From: Nematocida ausubeli
Lineage: Eukaryota
Assembly: GCF_000738915.1 (NCBI RefSeq)
Contig: NW_026515635.1
Span: forward strand, 434,001-498,000
Direction of reading: 5' to 3'
Length of the DNA: 64,000 bases
Position numbers and translations under genes: made by a program. The notes under the pieces were generated by a model. It was not told the DNA's origin, did not search any database, and saw only the letters and a program-made list of their open reading frames with translations. Shown piece by piece: positions 1 to 10,614 of the stretch. Positions within the stretch are counted from its first letter, which is position 1. Each line of letters starts with the position of its first letter.

Positions 1-318
1 GATAAATATGGCATTAAGCTAACTGTTCAGGAAAATGATCAGGACACATTTCAAAATAATCATAAAAAATTCTGTAAGTCAATAGGAGAGTACACCGAAA
101 AAGTTCCATACGTGGATATAATGGACTTTGTGTCCAGCAACAAGAGCATGTTCCCTGACATCGTTATCCTTTGCTCTGACAAAACAATATTCAAGACCAC
201 ATCCCCCTTTCTTTTATATTCTGCAGAGCTTCTGCATACAAGGAAAGACTTCTCAGAAGATGCCTTGATAAGAGCATTGCAGCACTATGCTGACTGCGAG
301 ATTAGAAATGGAAAATAG
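1..318 (+). CDS. NUS1: 3' part of NUS1/NgBR, subunit of the cis-prenyltransferase (dehydrodolichyl diphosphate synthase); 5' end lies outside the window
   Basis: Frame 1 is open from base 1 to TAG at 318. The C-terminus PDIVILC...PFLLYSAEL...LIRALQHYADCEIRNGK matches the NgBR/Nus1 tail (PDLVL...LRQYAACEQRLGK), including the terminal RxG motif. Confidence 0.8.
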   Translation, partial: DKYGIKLTVQENDQDTFQNNHKKFCKSIGEYTEKVPYVDIMDFVSSNKSMFPDIVILCSDKTIFKTTSPFLLYSAELLHTRKDFSEDALIRALQHYADCEIRNGK

Positions 319-547
319 AGAGTGCACACTAAGCCTCCAAATAAAACATGCATACTACATAAATAGGTATTTCTCTGCCAGCTAATATTCTTTATATTTA
401 TAGCTATAATTGGCATATCTGCAGTATATACATGCCCAGTTTAAATCAGAATATTTTTGCTAATATTAAGGCGCCATTAAGAAAAAGTTGCAAAACAATC
501 CTTGCATGCCTATGCCAAATACTATATAGCCCACATTCTGGCATTGA

Positions 548-778
548 TGTGCAGTAAAGACATGTGCTTTTACATACGCAATCAGTTGGTTTTTTCTCCT
601 CAAAAGATTAGACTTTGTCATTCTCGCTCAAAATTTATTTCTCGTCCTCTATTTATAGATCACTCATATAGGGGAACCCCTCTAGTCTAAACACATTCAC
701 TGTAACAGCTACTAGCAGACTTAGAGTTGGATCTGCCTGGTCGGCGTATAAGACTGGCAGAGCCCGGTGTAGTGTGTT
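548..778 (-). repeat. Truncated LTR copy (missing its first ~90 nt)
   Basis: Matches 1867-2096 at an offset of about 1318. Similarity stops abruptly at 778/779, where protease-coding sequence begins. Similarity is weak over 552-583. Confidence 0.75.
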
Positions 779-1939
779 ATTCCCTTGATGTAATATGTCT
801 ACGAGCACATATCCTTCGGTGGTGAGGATTTCGGGACCGGCTGTCTTGAAACTCAGTACTTCGGGCACGAACTTCAACTGTGGGCAGTGGGTCTTAATTG
901 CTTTCATCGCATCCATAGACATGACATTGACATCTGCTCCCGCGCCACATATCACCGATATCTGTAGTCTGTTAAACAGCATATGGGTCTTCAACTCCTG
1001 TAAATCTGCCTCTGTAATAGTCTGTACTTGTCGGATTCGTTCCTCTGGGAGTCAACTCGAATTTCCCTTCTTCTCCGTAGCACTTCTGGTGGGGTCTTCC
1101 TTCTTACCAAACTGGTATTGATCATACCTTCACTTATACGGGTATTCCTTTCCATTACCGTGGTTCTTGGTACGTGTGTCTTCCTGTGTGGCTCTTGGCT
1201 TCAACCTTCGACAGTGTCTCGCAGAATGCCCCTTGATGTCACACTTTTGGCAGACAATTTCCGATGCGGGCGTACGCTTGTTCGGCCTCGTCGGCATTGG
1301 TTACACTGTATCTAGTCTCTTGCATTCTAAGAGTAAGCGTCGAAGTGCATCCGCAAACGTCCTTGGTGACATTAACCAAATTTCTGAAAAGCTTCTTGGA
1401 TATACCATTGTTTTCAACTGGAACTCTACCGCAACGTCTTCGAATGAATAGGTTCCCTCCCACAAATATACCGAAAACCCTGCGAACCATTCGTACCACG
1501 TATTATTTCCTTTTTTGGGAACGTTTCCAAGAGGGGATTTGCGTTCTCTCTCAATGCGTTGAAGCAAGTCTTCTATTACTTCATCATAGAATTCTTCAGT
1601 CCATTCCTCTAGTGGTGTCCCATCACTGTAGATCAGGGTGTGCAAAGGTGCGTTAATTCGTTTGGCTCTCGGGCCCCTGCGCGTGGATAATTCCTTCATT
1701 ATAAGGAATAATTTGCCGCGTGGCTCAAGGTCACGCCATTCTGGGAAGGCTAGAGAGAACATTTTCAGATCTCTCTGTGCTACTGTTCTTCCGTGTTCTA
1801 TGTCCAAGAATTGTAGAATCTGGAGGCACGTAGGTCTTCCTCCTCCTGCGCTATTTTGTCCTACCATGTGTGGGTGTGAAGCAGTGTTCTCATCTGCTTC
1901 TAGTTGGTTTTCCCTCCTCGAAATATTAGACTTTGTCAT
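779..1939 (-). pseudogene. gag-protease pseudogene
   Basis: One frame from ATG 1939, with in-frame stops at 1303-1301 (TAA), 1132-1130 (TGA) and 1054-1052 (TGA). CQKCDIKGHSARHC (1252-1211) is CX2CX4HX4C. ICGAGADVNVMS is a degenerate D[ST]GAD aspartic protease motif with the catalytic Asp lost. Confidence 0.85.
1855..1866 (-). other. Putative primer-binding site TGGTAGGAC...
   Basis: Directly follows the CA at the inferred LTR end (1868-1867). TGG-T-A implies a primer tRNA ending U72-A73-CCA, as in eukaryotic initiator tRNA-Met. The cognate tRNA is not in this window. Confidence 0.5.
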
Positions 1940-2189
1940 TCTCGCTTAAAATTTATTTCTTGTCCGTTATTTATAGATCACTCGTAAAGAGGCACCCCCT
2001 TGCTCTAAACACGTTCACTGTAACAGCTACTAGCAGACTTAGAGTTGGATCTGCCTGGTCAGCGTATAAGACTGGCAGAGCCCCATGTAGTGTGTTGGCC
2101 TATAGTCAAAGATCCGGAAGGCAAGGACCGTCATCAACTACTTACTGGCCCGGAGAGATTCAATGTCCTCAAGGCAAGGAAATCCAACA
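1867..2189 (-). repeat. 5' LTR (~323 bp)
   Basis: The minus strand starts TGTTGG at 2189 and ends ...CACACA at 1867. It contains CTATAAATA and AATAAA(TTTT) motifs. Homologous copies lie at 548-778, 9378-9682 and 33904-34172. Confidence 0.75.
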
Positions 2190-2264
2190 TATATGGATTT
2201 GCAAACCCCCAATGAACAAGAGAAAAGCCAAGAGAAACTTGTTCTAGCTAAGAAATGTTGAGAT

Positions 2265-5126
2265 TTATTTGATCAGATACTCAGTTAGTGTAGCTGGTGG
2301 CAGTAAATTGCTGTGCAATACCTCTTCGATCTGATAGTGCTTTGCAGATAGTTTAGAAATATGCCTGCACAGCCTTTCACTTACTCGCCACTGGCTGGCT
2401 GTACCTTTTAGCACATTTATCATTCGAACCTTGGTGGAACCATTGATCACATAAGGCACAAGAGAGTCTATTAATACCCCAAATCTATTATAATACTGGC
2501 ATGCTCTTTCAATTGAAATAATATTCTCAATGTAATAGGCATCGCCTGGCCTGCTTGAAAGCCTGCCTTTTTTGTACGACTCTTCAAGTATAAGAGCTCT
2601 GTTTAGAACGCCTTTAAACTCCTCTCCAATCACCAGCTCGGTTGGCTTTATTCCGTGCGGGCTCTTTATAGAAATGTCACCTATTACAAGCATGCACTGC
2701 TTGCTAGTCAGAGTTATTCCCATTGAAATTGCCCAGCCGCCTCGGCTGCATACTCCTGGCGTAGAGTCTGCCTCTTGGTTCAGTACATGCTCTACTTTGC
2801 ATTCAACTTCCTCCACTGTATGATTCTTATCTTTAATAACTTTCTTTGAATATGTCATAAGCATACCGTCTCTAATAAACACCTCAAATTCTGAGTTCTT
2901 ATTACTAGCCTTAAACACACTCTGCCGCCCTGTAAACTCTTTCTGGGTTAGCATTAAATATGCAGTGATGGGCTTGTTCTTGCTCGGAACAGTCATGCTA
3001 ATGGAAGACCTGCTTCCTAGAACTAGCCCAACCTCACCCGGCGAATCAACCTCAAGCTTTTCCAGCAGACTGGCAGCCATATCAATATCTGGCACAGACC
3101 TCTTACTGATTAGCCTGAGAAGATACACAATATCCTCTTCATTGTTCAGAAGATAGAGCATGTCATTCTGCTGCATAATAGGGCGCAGCAACCGAATTGA
3201 GCCTCCAAGAGATATCTGCTTCTTTGCCTGCGTAAACCAGTATGAGTCGCAGTGCAGCTCGTTTCTTTCTTTTAGTTGCATGATGAATTCGTGAAGCCTT
3301 TTGGAATCCTTTCTGAGTTTCTTTACCTCTCTGCATATGCACTTAATCGTAAAGGCATCTGGCTCGGCGGAAAACAGAATTGAAAAAACTCCCAAGCATT
3401 TTGCAAGCTTAAGCAGTTGCTTCTGTACAGAGGGAATTTCTCTATAGTGATTTAGCACATCTATTATATGGTCTATTTCATCCGAAACTGACGCACTAAA
3501 TCTGCTTTTATCTATAGATACTTCTCTCTGCTGCTCTTTCTCCGCGCTGCTCTTCTTTATCTCCAGACCATTAGACATATAGATTGCAGATATCAAACGG
3601 TCAACCGCTCTTCCCACAGCATGCATTCCCTTTTTATCTATTTCGTCCCACACTATCTTTTTGATCTTTAATGACATATCGGGGAAGTATAGCATAAGAA
3701 GAAGGCCTTTTTCAAGCGACTCAATTGTGATATTTTGCACTAAAAACACTCTTTCGCAAAATCTGCCAATGTCCCAGTAAGACCGAATGGTCACCTCGTT
3801 GTTTCGAGTGACTACTGCTTTGTTACTGTGCTCCTCAGACACTGTTTTGACTATTTGCTGAAACAGGTTCTTCTCTTCGCACAGAAGCCGGAAATAGTCG
3901 CTGTCGCAAAGAAGGCGTAGCATGTTCTTTGGAATGTGCTCAATTTGGCTACTGCACAGTATGCAGGACTCTGCATAGTCTCGATCGATAATAAAAGCAG
4001 TCTTAAAAAAGTACTTTGCAATTTCAATAGCCCCTCCTATAATGATGAGAGACTTAGTTAAAGACTCTGCAGCCACTGGATTGTACTTTGAAATAGCTTG
4101 AAGGATCTGTATTGTATACTCTGCCCCTTCCTTTGTATATGTATTTATGAGTAGCTCTGAAAGATCTCTTGTTTGCAGCTTGCCCTTTCGATGGCTGTGG
4201 ATAACTACAGAATGAATACTCAAAATAGCGTGGGTGTTTGCAGCCTGCACAATTCCAATTACCTCCTCTAGATTTTTCATTCTCTGTATCTCATCCTTAA
4301 AATACAGCTGAGTCGATATCTGTGGTAAATAAAGCACTGTTAGATCAAGTTCTTCACTTGCATTGTTCACCCATTTAGCAAGTATCTTTGACTTGCTTTC
4401 TGACATGCCTGCCATGTTGTAAAGGAGAAAGTAGAAATGGTCTAAAGGAATTGCATGGTTTGTGTTGGAAGGCTCTAGCTCACTTTCTGCTTCAGCTGCT
4501 GCTGGTTTTGAAGAATTCACTTTTTCTTCCTTCTGTGCATGAAGCAGTAGAGATAGGCTTGGTGCATACACCCCGTTGATGTTAGCTAATGCGTACGCAC
4601 AGAGGTCGCATCTATTTCCAGACAGCACGCTCTGGCGCAGTATGTATTCCTGTGCAAGCGATATGAGCTCACGCGCAGATGAAAAAAGAGGCCCAGGGGA
4701 AATAAATTCCTTTTGCGTACTCCATCCATTTGCTTGCAAGGCCCGCGATTTTTCTAGAGAGGATAGCCACCGGTCCTTGAACTGCGCTAAAAACAGGCCA
4801 AGCTCAAATATTTGGAGGAGCATTGAGTAGTCTGTTTCGGAAAGGGCCTCCGCCCGAATAATTCTGTGAGCTATTCTGCAGAGTATAATCGCAATGCGCT
4901 CCATCTCAGTTGCCATTTTGCTGTCCGTGTCCATAAACAGCGTCTCTATTTCTAGCTTTAGCACAGAGCTTGGGGAGGATGTGAGGGAAAGGTTGCTGCG
5001 CATACTCTCCAGCTGGTCTAAACACACATCTACATGGTGTGCCAAGTTATTTTCATCTGCAAGTGTATCTTCATTAGTCTCTAAATGATCATATACCTCA
5101 GGTACTATGTGTTTTCTATCTAGCAT
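2265..5126 (-). CDS. Hypothetical protein, 953 aa (mostly helical, with a beta-rich C-terminal region)
   Basis: Long uninterrupted ORF with an ATG start and AATAAA overlapping the stop. No motif recognised. Confidence 0.85.
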   Translation of the reverse strand: MLDRKHIVPEVYDHLETNEDTLADENNLAHHVDVCLDQLESMRSNLSLTSSPSSVLKLEIETLFMDTDSKMATEMERIAIILCRIAHRIIRAEALSETDYSMLLQIFELGLFLAQFKDRWLSSLEKSRALQANGWSTQKEFISPGPLFSSARELISLAQEYILRQSVLSGNRCDLCAYALANINGVYAPSLSLLLHAQKEEKVNSSKPAAAEAESELEPSNTNHAIPLDHFYFLLYNMAGMSESKSKILAKWVNNASEELDLTVLYLPQISTQLYFKDEIQRMKNLEEVIGIVQAANTHAILSIHSVVIHSHRKGKLQTRDLSELLINTYTKEGAEYTIQILQAISKYNPVAAESLTKSLIIIGGAIEIAKYFFKTAFIIDRDYAESCILCSSQIEHIPKNMLRLLCDSDYFRLLCEEKNLFQQIVKTVSEEHSNKAVVTRNNEVTIRSYWDIGRFCERVFLVQNITIESLEKGLLLMLYFPDMSLKIKKIVWDEIDKKGMHAVGRAVDRLISAIYMSNGLEIKKSSAEKEQQREVSIDKSRFSASVSDEIDHIIDVLNHYREIPSVQKQLLKLAKCLGVFSILFSAEPDAFTIKCICREVKKLRKDSKRLHEFIMQLKERNELHCDSYWFTQAKKQISLGGSIRLLRPIMQQNDMLYLLNNEEDIVYLLRLISKRSVPDIDMAASLLEKLEVDSPGEVGLVLGSRSSISMTVPSKNKPITAYLMLTQKEFTGRQSVFKASNKNSEFEVFIRDGMLMTYSKKVIKDKNHTVEEVECKVEHVLNQEADSTPGVCSRGGWAISMGITLTSKQCMLVIGDISIKSPHGIKPTELVIGEEFKGVLNRALILEESYKKGRLSSRPGDAYYIENIISIERACQYYNRFGVLIDSLVPYVINGSTKVRMINVLKGTASQWRVSERLCRHISKLSAKHYQIEEVLHSNLLPPATLTEYLIK

Positions 5127-6145
5127 TTGCGTTCTATCTGGTTTTTCTATTTATCCAAACACTCTAACAGTGTTTCATGAACGTCCTATCATAGAATGAT
5201 CGCCTTTTCGCATCCACAGACTTTATTATCTATATCGGGCACTTTATTATATTGCTCTCTCCAATGCAATGCCATTTCTTGTTCCTACCGGTATATTCGC
5301 AAATATGCATGCATTCATGAAAGAGCTTTTAAAACTATTCCATATAAATAAAATGCATGGAAAGGAAAAATACAAATTCATAGGTTAAACACATACTAAC
5401 AATTAAAACAGCTCTTTATGGTAAAATATTCACCTAAATATTTACATGTTTATTTTAATTTTGCATGCTACAGAAGCGTCTTTCAAACTGAAGCTAAAAT
5501 TTACAGGATTAATATTGTAATATCCAATTTAGTGCAGGAATAAGAATCATATCAGTTTGATATAATGCAAGTTTATAAACAAAAGAAAAACTGTTGCTAA
5601 CTAGAAAACTAAAGATAAAGTTTGTTTAAAATTACTACTATACATAGAGCCTCTGGCAGCAAAAACTATTAGGTGTGTAACAAAGCTGTTTATAGCATTA
5701 ATGCAAATTTGTGAATTCTATTTGTCTCTGCACAAATAGACACATTTAATAAAGGCCTTTTCTCTGACTCTATCACTTAGTCTTGATGTGCGCGCTCCTT
5801 TAAGTTTAATTAAGCTTCTTTCTTCACATTTAATAATGAAAGTAGAGTGGCCTGCCGTGTATAGAGAATTTTATAACATGCTTCTTTTGTACTAATAAGA
5901 GGGTTTATTGTATTCTGGTCTGTACTTTTAAGTTCTATAACTTCTATTTGTAAATCTGCAGTCCTTCCAAAACTTGTTTCTCTGCATATTTCTATGTTTT
6001 AAATCTTGTATTATAGTAGCGCATATAAGAGGCATAAATTCTTGCATCTTATATTATTCTTGGAGCATAAGAAAAAGACACCTGCTTTGTAGTACACTCT
6101 TTAATACATACTGTTGAATTTCTCTATAGGCGCTGCAACTTTCTA

Positions 6146-6499
6146 CTAACTGCTTTGGATGGCTTGCTTTACCTGGTCTATAACTGCATCGCCTTTTCTA
6201 ATACGGATGAAGAGAGGCGCTGAGTCTTTTGTGCTTATTTTTTCGTTTATCTGGTATAGCTGTATTCCAAAGTGTTTGCAGAACAGTGGGATCAGCTGAT
6301 ATATTGCCGGGTCGTGGTTCTCAGGCAGCATGAACAGATATTCTGTGCGCAGGTCTCTGCTCTCATACTCCTCCATTAGCGTGTTATAGTCCACCGAATA
6401 CTCAGAAATCGCGTCAATAAGAAAGGATATCTGGCAGGGCGAGACTTTTGGGATTCCTGATGTTAAGTCTATTTGCCTCTTAGTTTCTCTTTTTTTCAT
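6146..6499 (-). CDS. Small 117-aa protein, L7Ae-like (possibly RNase P/MRP subunit Pop3/Rpp38)
   Basis: Start moved to ATG 6499 (MKKRETKRQ). The segment YLFMLPENHDPAIYQLIPLFCKHFGIQLYQI resembles the L7Ae-family pattern ...P..I..HLPLLC....VP. The family assignment is tentative. Confidence 0.55.
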   Translation of the reverse strand: MKKRETKRQIDLTSGIPKVSPCQISFLIDAISEYSVDYNTLMEEYESRDLRTEYLFMLPENHDPAIYQLIPLFCKHFGIQLYQINEKISTKDSAPLFIRIRKGDAVIDQVKQAIQSS

Positions 6500-6503
6500 T
6501 TTT

Positions 6504-7373
6504 ATGGAAAATCGAAGACCTCTAAGAATTCGAAAAAAAGAAGAAATATTCAGAATAAAGGAGATACAGACTGCAGAAAAGGATGACACAAAAGGCTCTC
6601 TGCCACATGTGTCGGATGAGGAGCCACTTACAGATTCAGAAGAGCATAATAGCTTAAGCATCTCTACACCAGAAGAAGAAGCAAAAGAGGAAGAGATAAA
6701 GAAGGAGGAAGTGGAGAGAAAGTTGAGTTTTTGGAGTCTATACATGCAGTCATCTTCTTTTTCCGTCTGCGTGCTGGTTATTGGTGCTGTGCTTGGGTTC
6801 TTACTCCACTCGTACTATCGAAATCTCGATAATTGCATAAATGGCCTAAAAGACAAAATTGAGAGCCAAAAAGAAAGACTACTTGAGCTAGAGTCTATTT
6901 TTCATAGCAAGAACAGAGAAATAGACGTGGCAGACTATTTAGAAGGCGCGCGCATCCTATATAACATAACAACCGACCCCTACGTGGAGAAAAAGTGGTT
7001 TAAGTCAAACGTCACGGGACTAAGTGCAGAAGTAGCAATAGACAGAGTATGTGACAAACACCACTGTTACTCTTTCAATGGGTCTGAAGGAAAGCTAGGG
7101 ATTGCATTCAAAAACGAGAAGATAATTCGGAAGATAGGAATAATGCATCCTTTGTATAATGATAGAACCTCAGCTGTAAAGTCTTTTACTGTTGATTGTA
7201 TTATGAATGATAAACACATTAATATGGGCGAGTTTGAATATGAAATACCTGGGGACTCTTTTCAGCAGTTTTCAATTACTCCTACTAAGTGCACAGGAAT
7301 GATATTTAAAATAAAGTCCAATCATGGAAAAAAGCAGTACACATGCATTTACAAGATATATGCTTTTGAATAA
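6504..7373 (+). CDS. SUN-domain (Sad1/UNC-84) nuclear envelope/spindle pole body protein
   Basis: Acidic N-terminus, one TM helix and a coiled coil, followed by SUN motifs ADYLEGARI, CYSFNGSEG, IMHP...TSAVKSF, GEFEY and SNHGKKQYTCIYKI. Confidence 0.9.
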   Translation: MENRRPLRIRKKEEIFRIKEIQTAEKDDTKGSLPHVSDEEPLTDSEEHNSLSISTPEEEAKEEEIKKEEVERKLSFWSLYMQSSSFSVCVLVIGAVLGFLLHSYYRNLDNCINGLKDKIESQKERLLELESIFHSKNREIDVADYLEGARILYNITTDPYVEKKWFKSNVTGLSAEVAIDRVCDKHHCYSFNGSEGKLGIAFKNEKIIRKIGIMHPLYNDRTSAVKSFTVDCIMNDKHINMGEFEYEIPGDSFQQFSITPTKCTGMIFKIKSNHGKKQYTCIYKIYAFE

Positions 7374-8086
7374 TAAGTTAAAGCTCCTACTTCTATTGGC
7401 AGAACATTCAAAGCTTCAGATTCTAAGATGTGCAGAAGAAAAGAGGATAGACATGTGACCACAGTCTCCATACCCGAATCGTTCAAATAAATATTAGATA
7501 GGAATAGTTTACATTAGCAGGCATGCATATGCATTAAAGGAAAGTACCTGTGTGCTTATATTTCTACTCTTGCGTTAAAAAACACCTCGCTGCTCTAGAC
7601 TAGATATTGAGCCAATTTGTCTTTAGAACTTTAGGTATACTTACTCAATATTTCATAATTTATTGACTGGTTCTCTATGTATAGACCTCAAACACTATTG
7701 CACTTCTCTAGAAGTATTCACCAGAGCATATCCATGGGTCAAAGTAATAGATAATTAATTGTTCATTCGCATGTGGGTGTACATGGGAATATATTTTTTG
7801 CGTCAACAGTGCACATATTGCACGACAAACACACAATAAAGTCAAACAATTGATGCTAGAGAGAGCATATTTAAGCATTTTAAAGTGTATTTGGGGTTTT
7901 TCCTATAGTATATATAAATATACTTTTGCTCAAATAAAAGTTTAACTTTCTGGAAACACTATTGAACCATGTGTAAAGCCCATATAGAAAGATTCTAACC
8001 ATAAGAAAAGATATAAATTTAGAATATTTAATATACAGATTGAGTGGATAGACCTACAGAGACAGCTGTTTAAAGTAGCTTGTTAA

Positions 8087-8803
8087 CTACTCTATGGTTA
8101 TTCTTTTTAGGGATATTTTCCTTATATTCCACTCAAGGTAGTCTCCAATAAACAACGCACTAAATAAGGCCCCGCTTGAAATAAAGAGAGAAATCGCGCT
8201 TATGGACTGGGCCAGCAGAACATCTTTGAATGCGCATGCAGCAATTAGCCCAGCTGTATACACTAGATACTTATTTCGCTTGTACTGTGTGTGCACCAAG
8301 AAAATTACTACAGCGCTCTTTGAAAAGAGGGTGTTTTCTGACATCAAATAGATGAAAGCTGCGAACTGCGTTATAAAAACCATTATTCCATTTGTTACGA
8401 TAATATTGTAGTGTAAAATCTCTAGTTCTCCAGATAGAAGCCTGTTTTTTAGCTGTCTTTGCGCACGCGAGTTGTATATACCAAGCAACATGCACAAAAG
8501 ATATACACCATCGAGTGCAATTACCTCAGATAAAAATGTGATAGGGATTTTATTTATGTGGTGCATGTATATCCCGGATAGAATGCTGTGCAGTATTATA
8601 TAGATTGCGTATTTCAGATGAAGAGTTCTTTTGACAAGGACTCCTTTTACGAAAAGTAGAAACGTACATATTTTGCTGAGGAGAAAAAATGTAAAAAGGT
8701 CGTGTTTGCTAGATTCAACCATGCATTCAAAGTATGCCACCGACAAAAATAGAACTGTAAGTGCCCCAATTGTAAGCAGAAGAAATGTGCCTAAATTATG
8801 CAT
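8087..8803 (-). CDS. Hypothetical multi-pass membrane protein, 238 aa
   Basis: ATG-initiated ORF with about 7 hydrophobic segments. Confidence 0.75.
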   Translation of the reverse strand: MHNLGTFLLLTIGALTVLFLSVAYFECMVESSKHDLFTFFLLSKICTFLLFVKGVLVKRTLHLKYAIYIILHSILSGIYMHHINKIPITFLSEVIALDGVYLLCMLLGIYNSRAQRQLKNRLLSGELEILHYNIIVTNGIMVFITQFAAFIYLMSENTLFSKSAVVIFLVHTQYKRNKYLVYTAGLIAACAFKDVLLAQSISAISLFISSGALFSALFIGDYLEWNIRKISLKRITIE

Positions 8804-9377
8804 TACCGTTTACAAATAAAACCAAATATAAAATAACTATAAAACAACGTATCATGTGCAGAATATTATTATTGATATGGGCTAGCGACATAAGTACCGT
8901 TGTATATATTGTATAGCCAGCCCAAAGCACTTTTAATGCAAATAGGCACTTTTAAGATTTATGGAAACACATGAATATGTTTGTGGCTTGTGCTTTTAGT
9001 ACGGTGTGTCACCTAGATGCTTCCCTTAGAACTCACTCCTCTTCTAAAATAGCACACTATTGCATATAACTTTGAATCTTGCAGTATATGGAGCATTATA
9101 TAGGAGGAACACATATATTTATGTGTGCAGTCTATTCTAATGACTCTATGGCTTTTATAGTAATACATAGGTATCTATGCCGTGCAAAGCAGTTTACTAA
9201 GTGTAAAACGTCTGCTTTGGAATGTACTCTTCCCAAGAAGTCAAACAGCACACGCGAAAATTATTAGAGTTGCTTTAGGACATTTGAGTTCTATTTACAG
9301 AATATAAATTCTTTCTTAAACCATGTCTTAGCATTTTTAATATTAAATAGCTATATGAATCTTAATGATAGTAGCCA

Positions 9378-9682
9378 TAGCTGGTTTTTCCTTCTTGAAA
9401 TGTTAGACTTGTCCATAATTTATTTCTTGTTGCCTATTTATAGACCTCTAGACAGATGCAAATCAATGTAATGCTCACAAACACATGTTATATGACAGAT
9501 AATTCAAGTAATGAAACTTAGAGTCAACAAACTCAGATCACTATTTCTGACGCGCAGACAAACAGGGTCTCTTGTATAATGTTGGCCAAATGCCAAGAAC
9601 CCCGGAATGTGATTACTCACACCAATATACATTACTGGCCCGGGGAGAAGATTTCATGCCTTCATGGCAAGGAACCCCAATA
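9378..9682 (-). mobile_element. Decayed solo LTR of the 1867-2189 family
   Basis: Collinear blocks tagctggttttt, ttagacttgt, aatttatttcttgt, tatttataga, acttagagt, tgttggcc, ttactggcccgg and ggcaaggaa..ccaa match the LTR in order and approximate spacing. Confidence 0.75.
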
Positions 9683-10215
9683 GTAGTGCTACATTGCTTA
9701 AATATACATCAAAATGATCTTTTTTATGGTATATAAATAGAGAATGAAAACCAAGTAAATATTAAGAGAATGTAGATAGGACTAATTTTTTGGGCCAACC
9801 CCAGATGAAGTATTGAAGCTGAATGAATATGAACATATAAAATGATTGAATAGTTTTGCACAGTTTAAGGCCGCCATTATATACATCCAGTGTTCTATTT
9901 AATTTGCTTAGTGTTTACTAGATATTCTATATGGCTATATAGCTACTTTATACGATCGGGTCTTATCCCAAATCAACTTTTGACTGAAATATATACTTGT
10001 CTATTTGTGCAACTCTCTATATGCGAGGGAAGCAGATATGTGATGTTTTTCTATTTTCCTATCCTCTCTGAAAAATTTAGAAGAATCCAAGCCTTCACTA
10101 CTATTGGTGGCTCTGAAGAGATTTTATTTATATATTACAGAAAAGACACCAAAGAAACTAAAAAATCTAATTTTCAGGATTTAAGCGCAACCAGTACGAA
10201 ATAAACAAATGATAT

Positions 10216-10614
10216 TTATTCTATAATGTCAATCTTCACTTTCTTGTTACTGTTTTTATCCAAAGATGCCTCCTTGGTCTCTGGAGTATCGCATGGGGCA
10301 CTAGGCACTTCCTCAACCAGATCATCAAAATGACTTTCTCCTTCTATAATAGTGCCTTTTCTTGGGTGAATTATTAGGTCTAGAATAGACAGAATGCGGG
10401 AGGCCTCTTCTGCAGTGCTTTCAATAGAGAGGGTCTGTGAGAGAATAATAATGTAGTTTGACAGAAAAAGATGGATACCCTTTGTGTTGAAAGGTATGAC
10501 TATCTCGTAGAGGCTTTTCCATGCTAACTCTATCAGCTCTGTATATTTCGCACTCTCAAGCATGTCCAACAAATCAAGTAAAACCTTCTCTGTCGCGCTA
10601 GACTCACTGTTCAT
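10216..10614 (-). CDS. Hypothetical protein, 132 aa
   Basis: CCCCC-AGCA-ATG start context; AATAAA overlaps the stop. Confidence 0.75.
   Translation of the reverse strand: MNSESSATEKVLLDLLDMLESAKYTELIELAWKSLYEIVIPFNTKGIHLFLSNYIIILSQTLSIESTAEEASRILSILDLIIHPRKGTIIEGESHFDDLVEEVPSAPCDTPETKEASLDKNSNKKVKIDIIE

Larger units (their letters stand above)
548..2189 (-). mobile_element. Internally deleted, decayed LTR retrotransposon (probably Ty3/gypsy-like): 5' LTR, PBS, gag, CCHC knuckle, dead protease, truncated second LTR
   Basis: Direct repeat 607-778 vs 1925-2096 (about 90% identical by eye) flanks a single reading frame containing a CCHC zinc knuckle and a retropepsin-like motif. No RT, RNase H or integrase is present. 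Confidence 0.85.

Noticed and set aside
543..2194. Target-site duplication around the retroelement
   Set aside because: The flanks ATTGA (543-547) and TATAT (2190-2194) do not match, so no TSD can be claimed.
1933..2247. 104-aa plus-strand ORF (and 502-690)
   Set aside because: These are antisense readings of the LTR copies with no protein-like features.
6500..6745. N-terminal extension of the 199-aa minus ORF overlapping the SUN gene
   Set aside because: The Ser/Phe-rich sequence is the antisense shadow of the Glu/Lys-rich SUN N-terminus. The ATG at 6499 is the plausible start.
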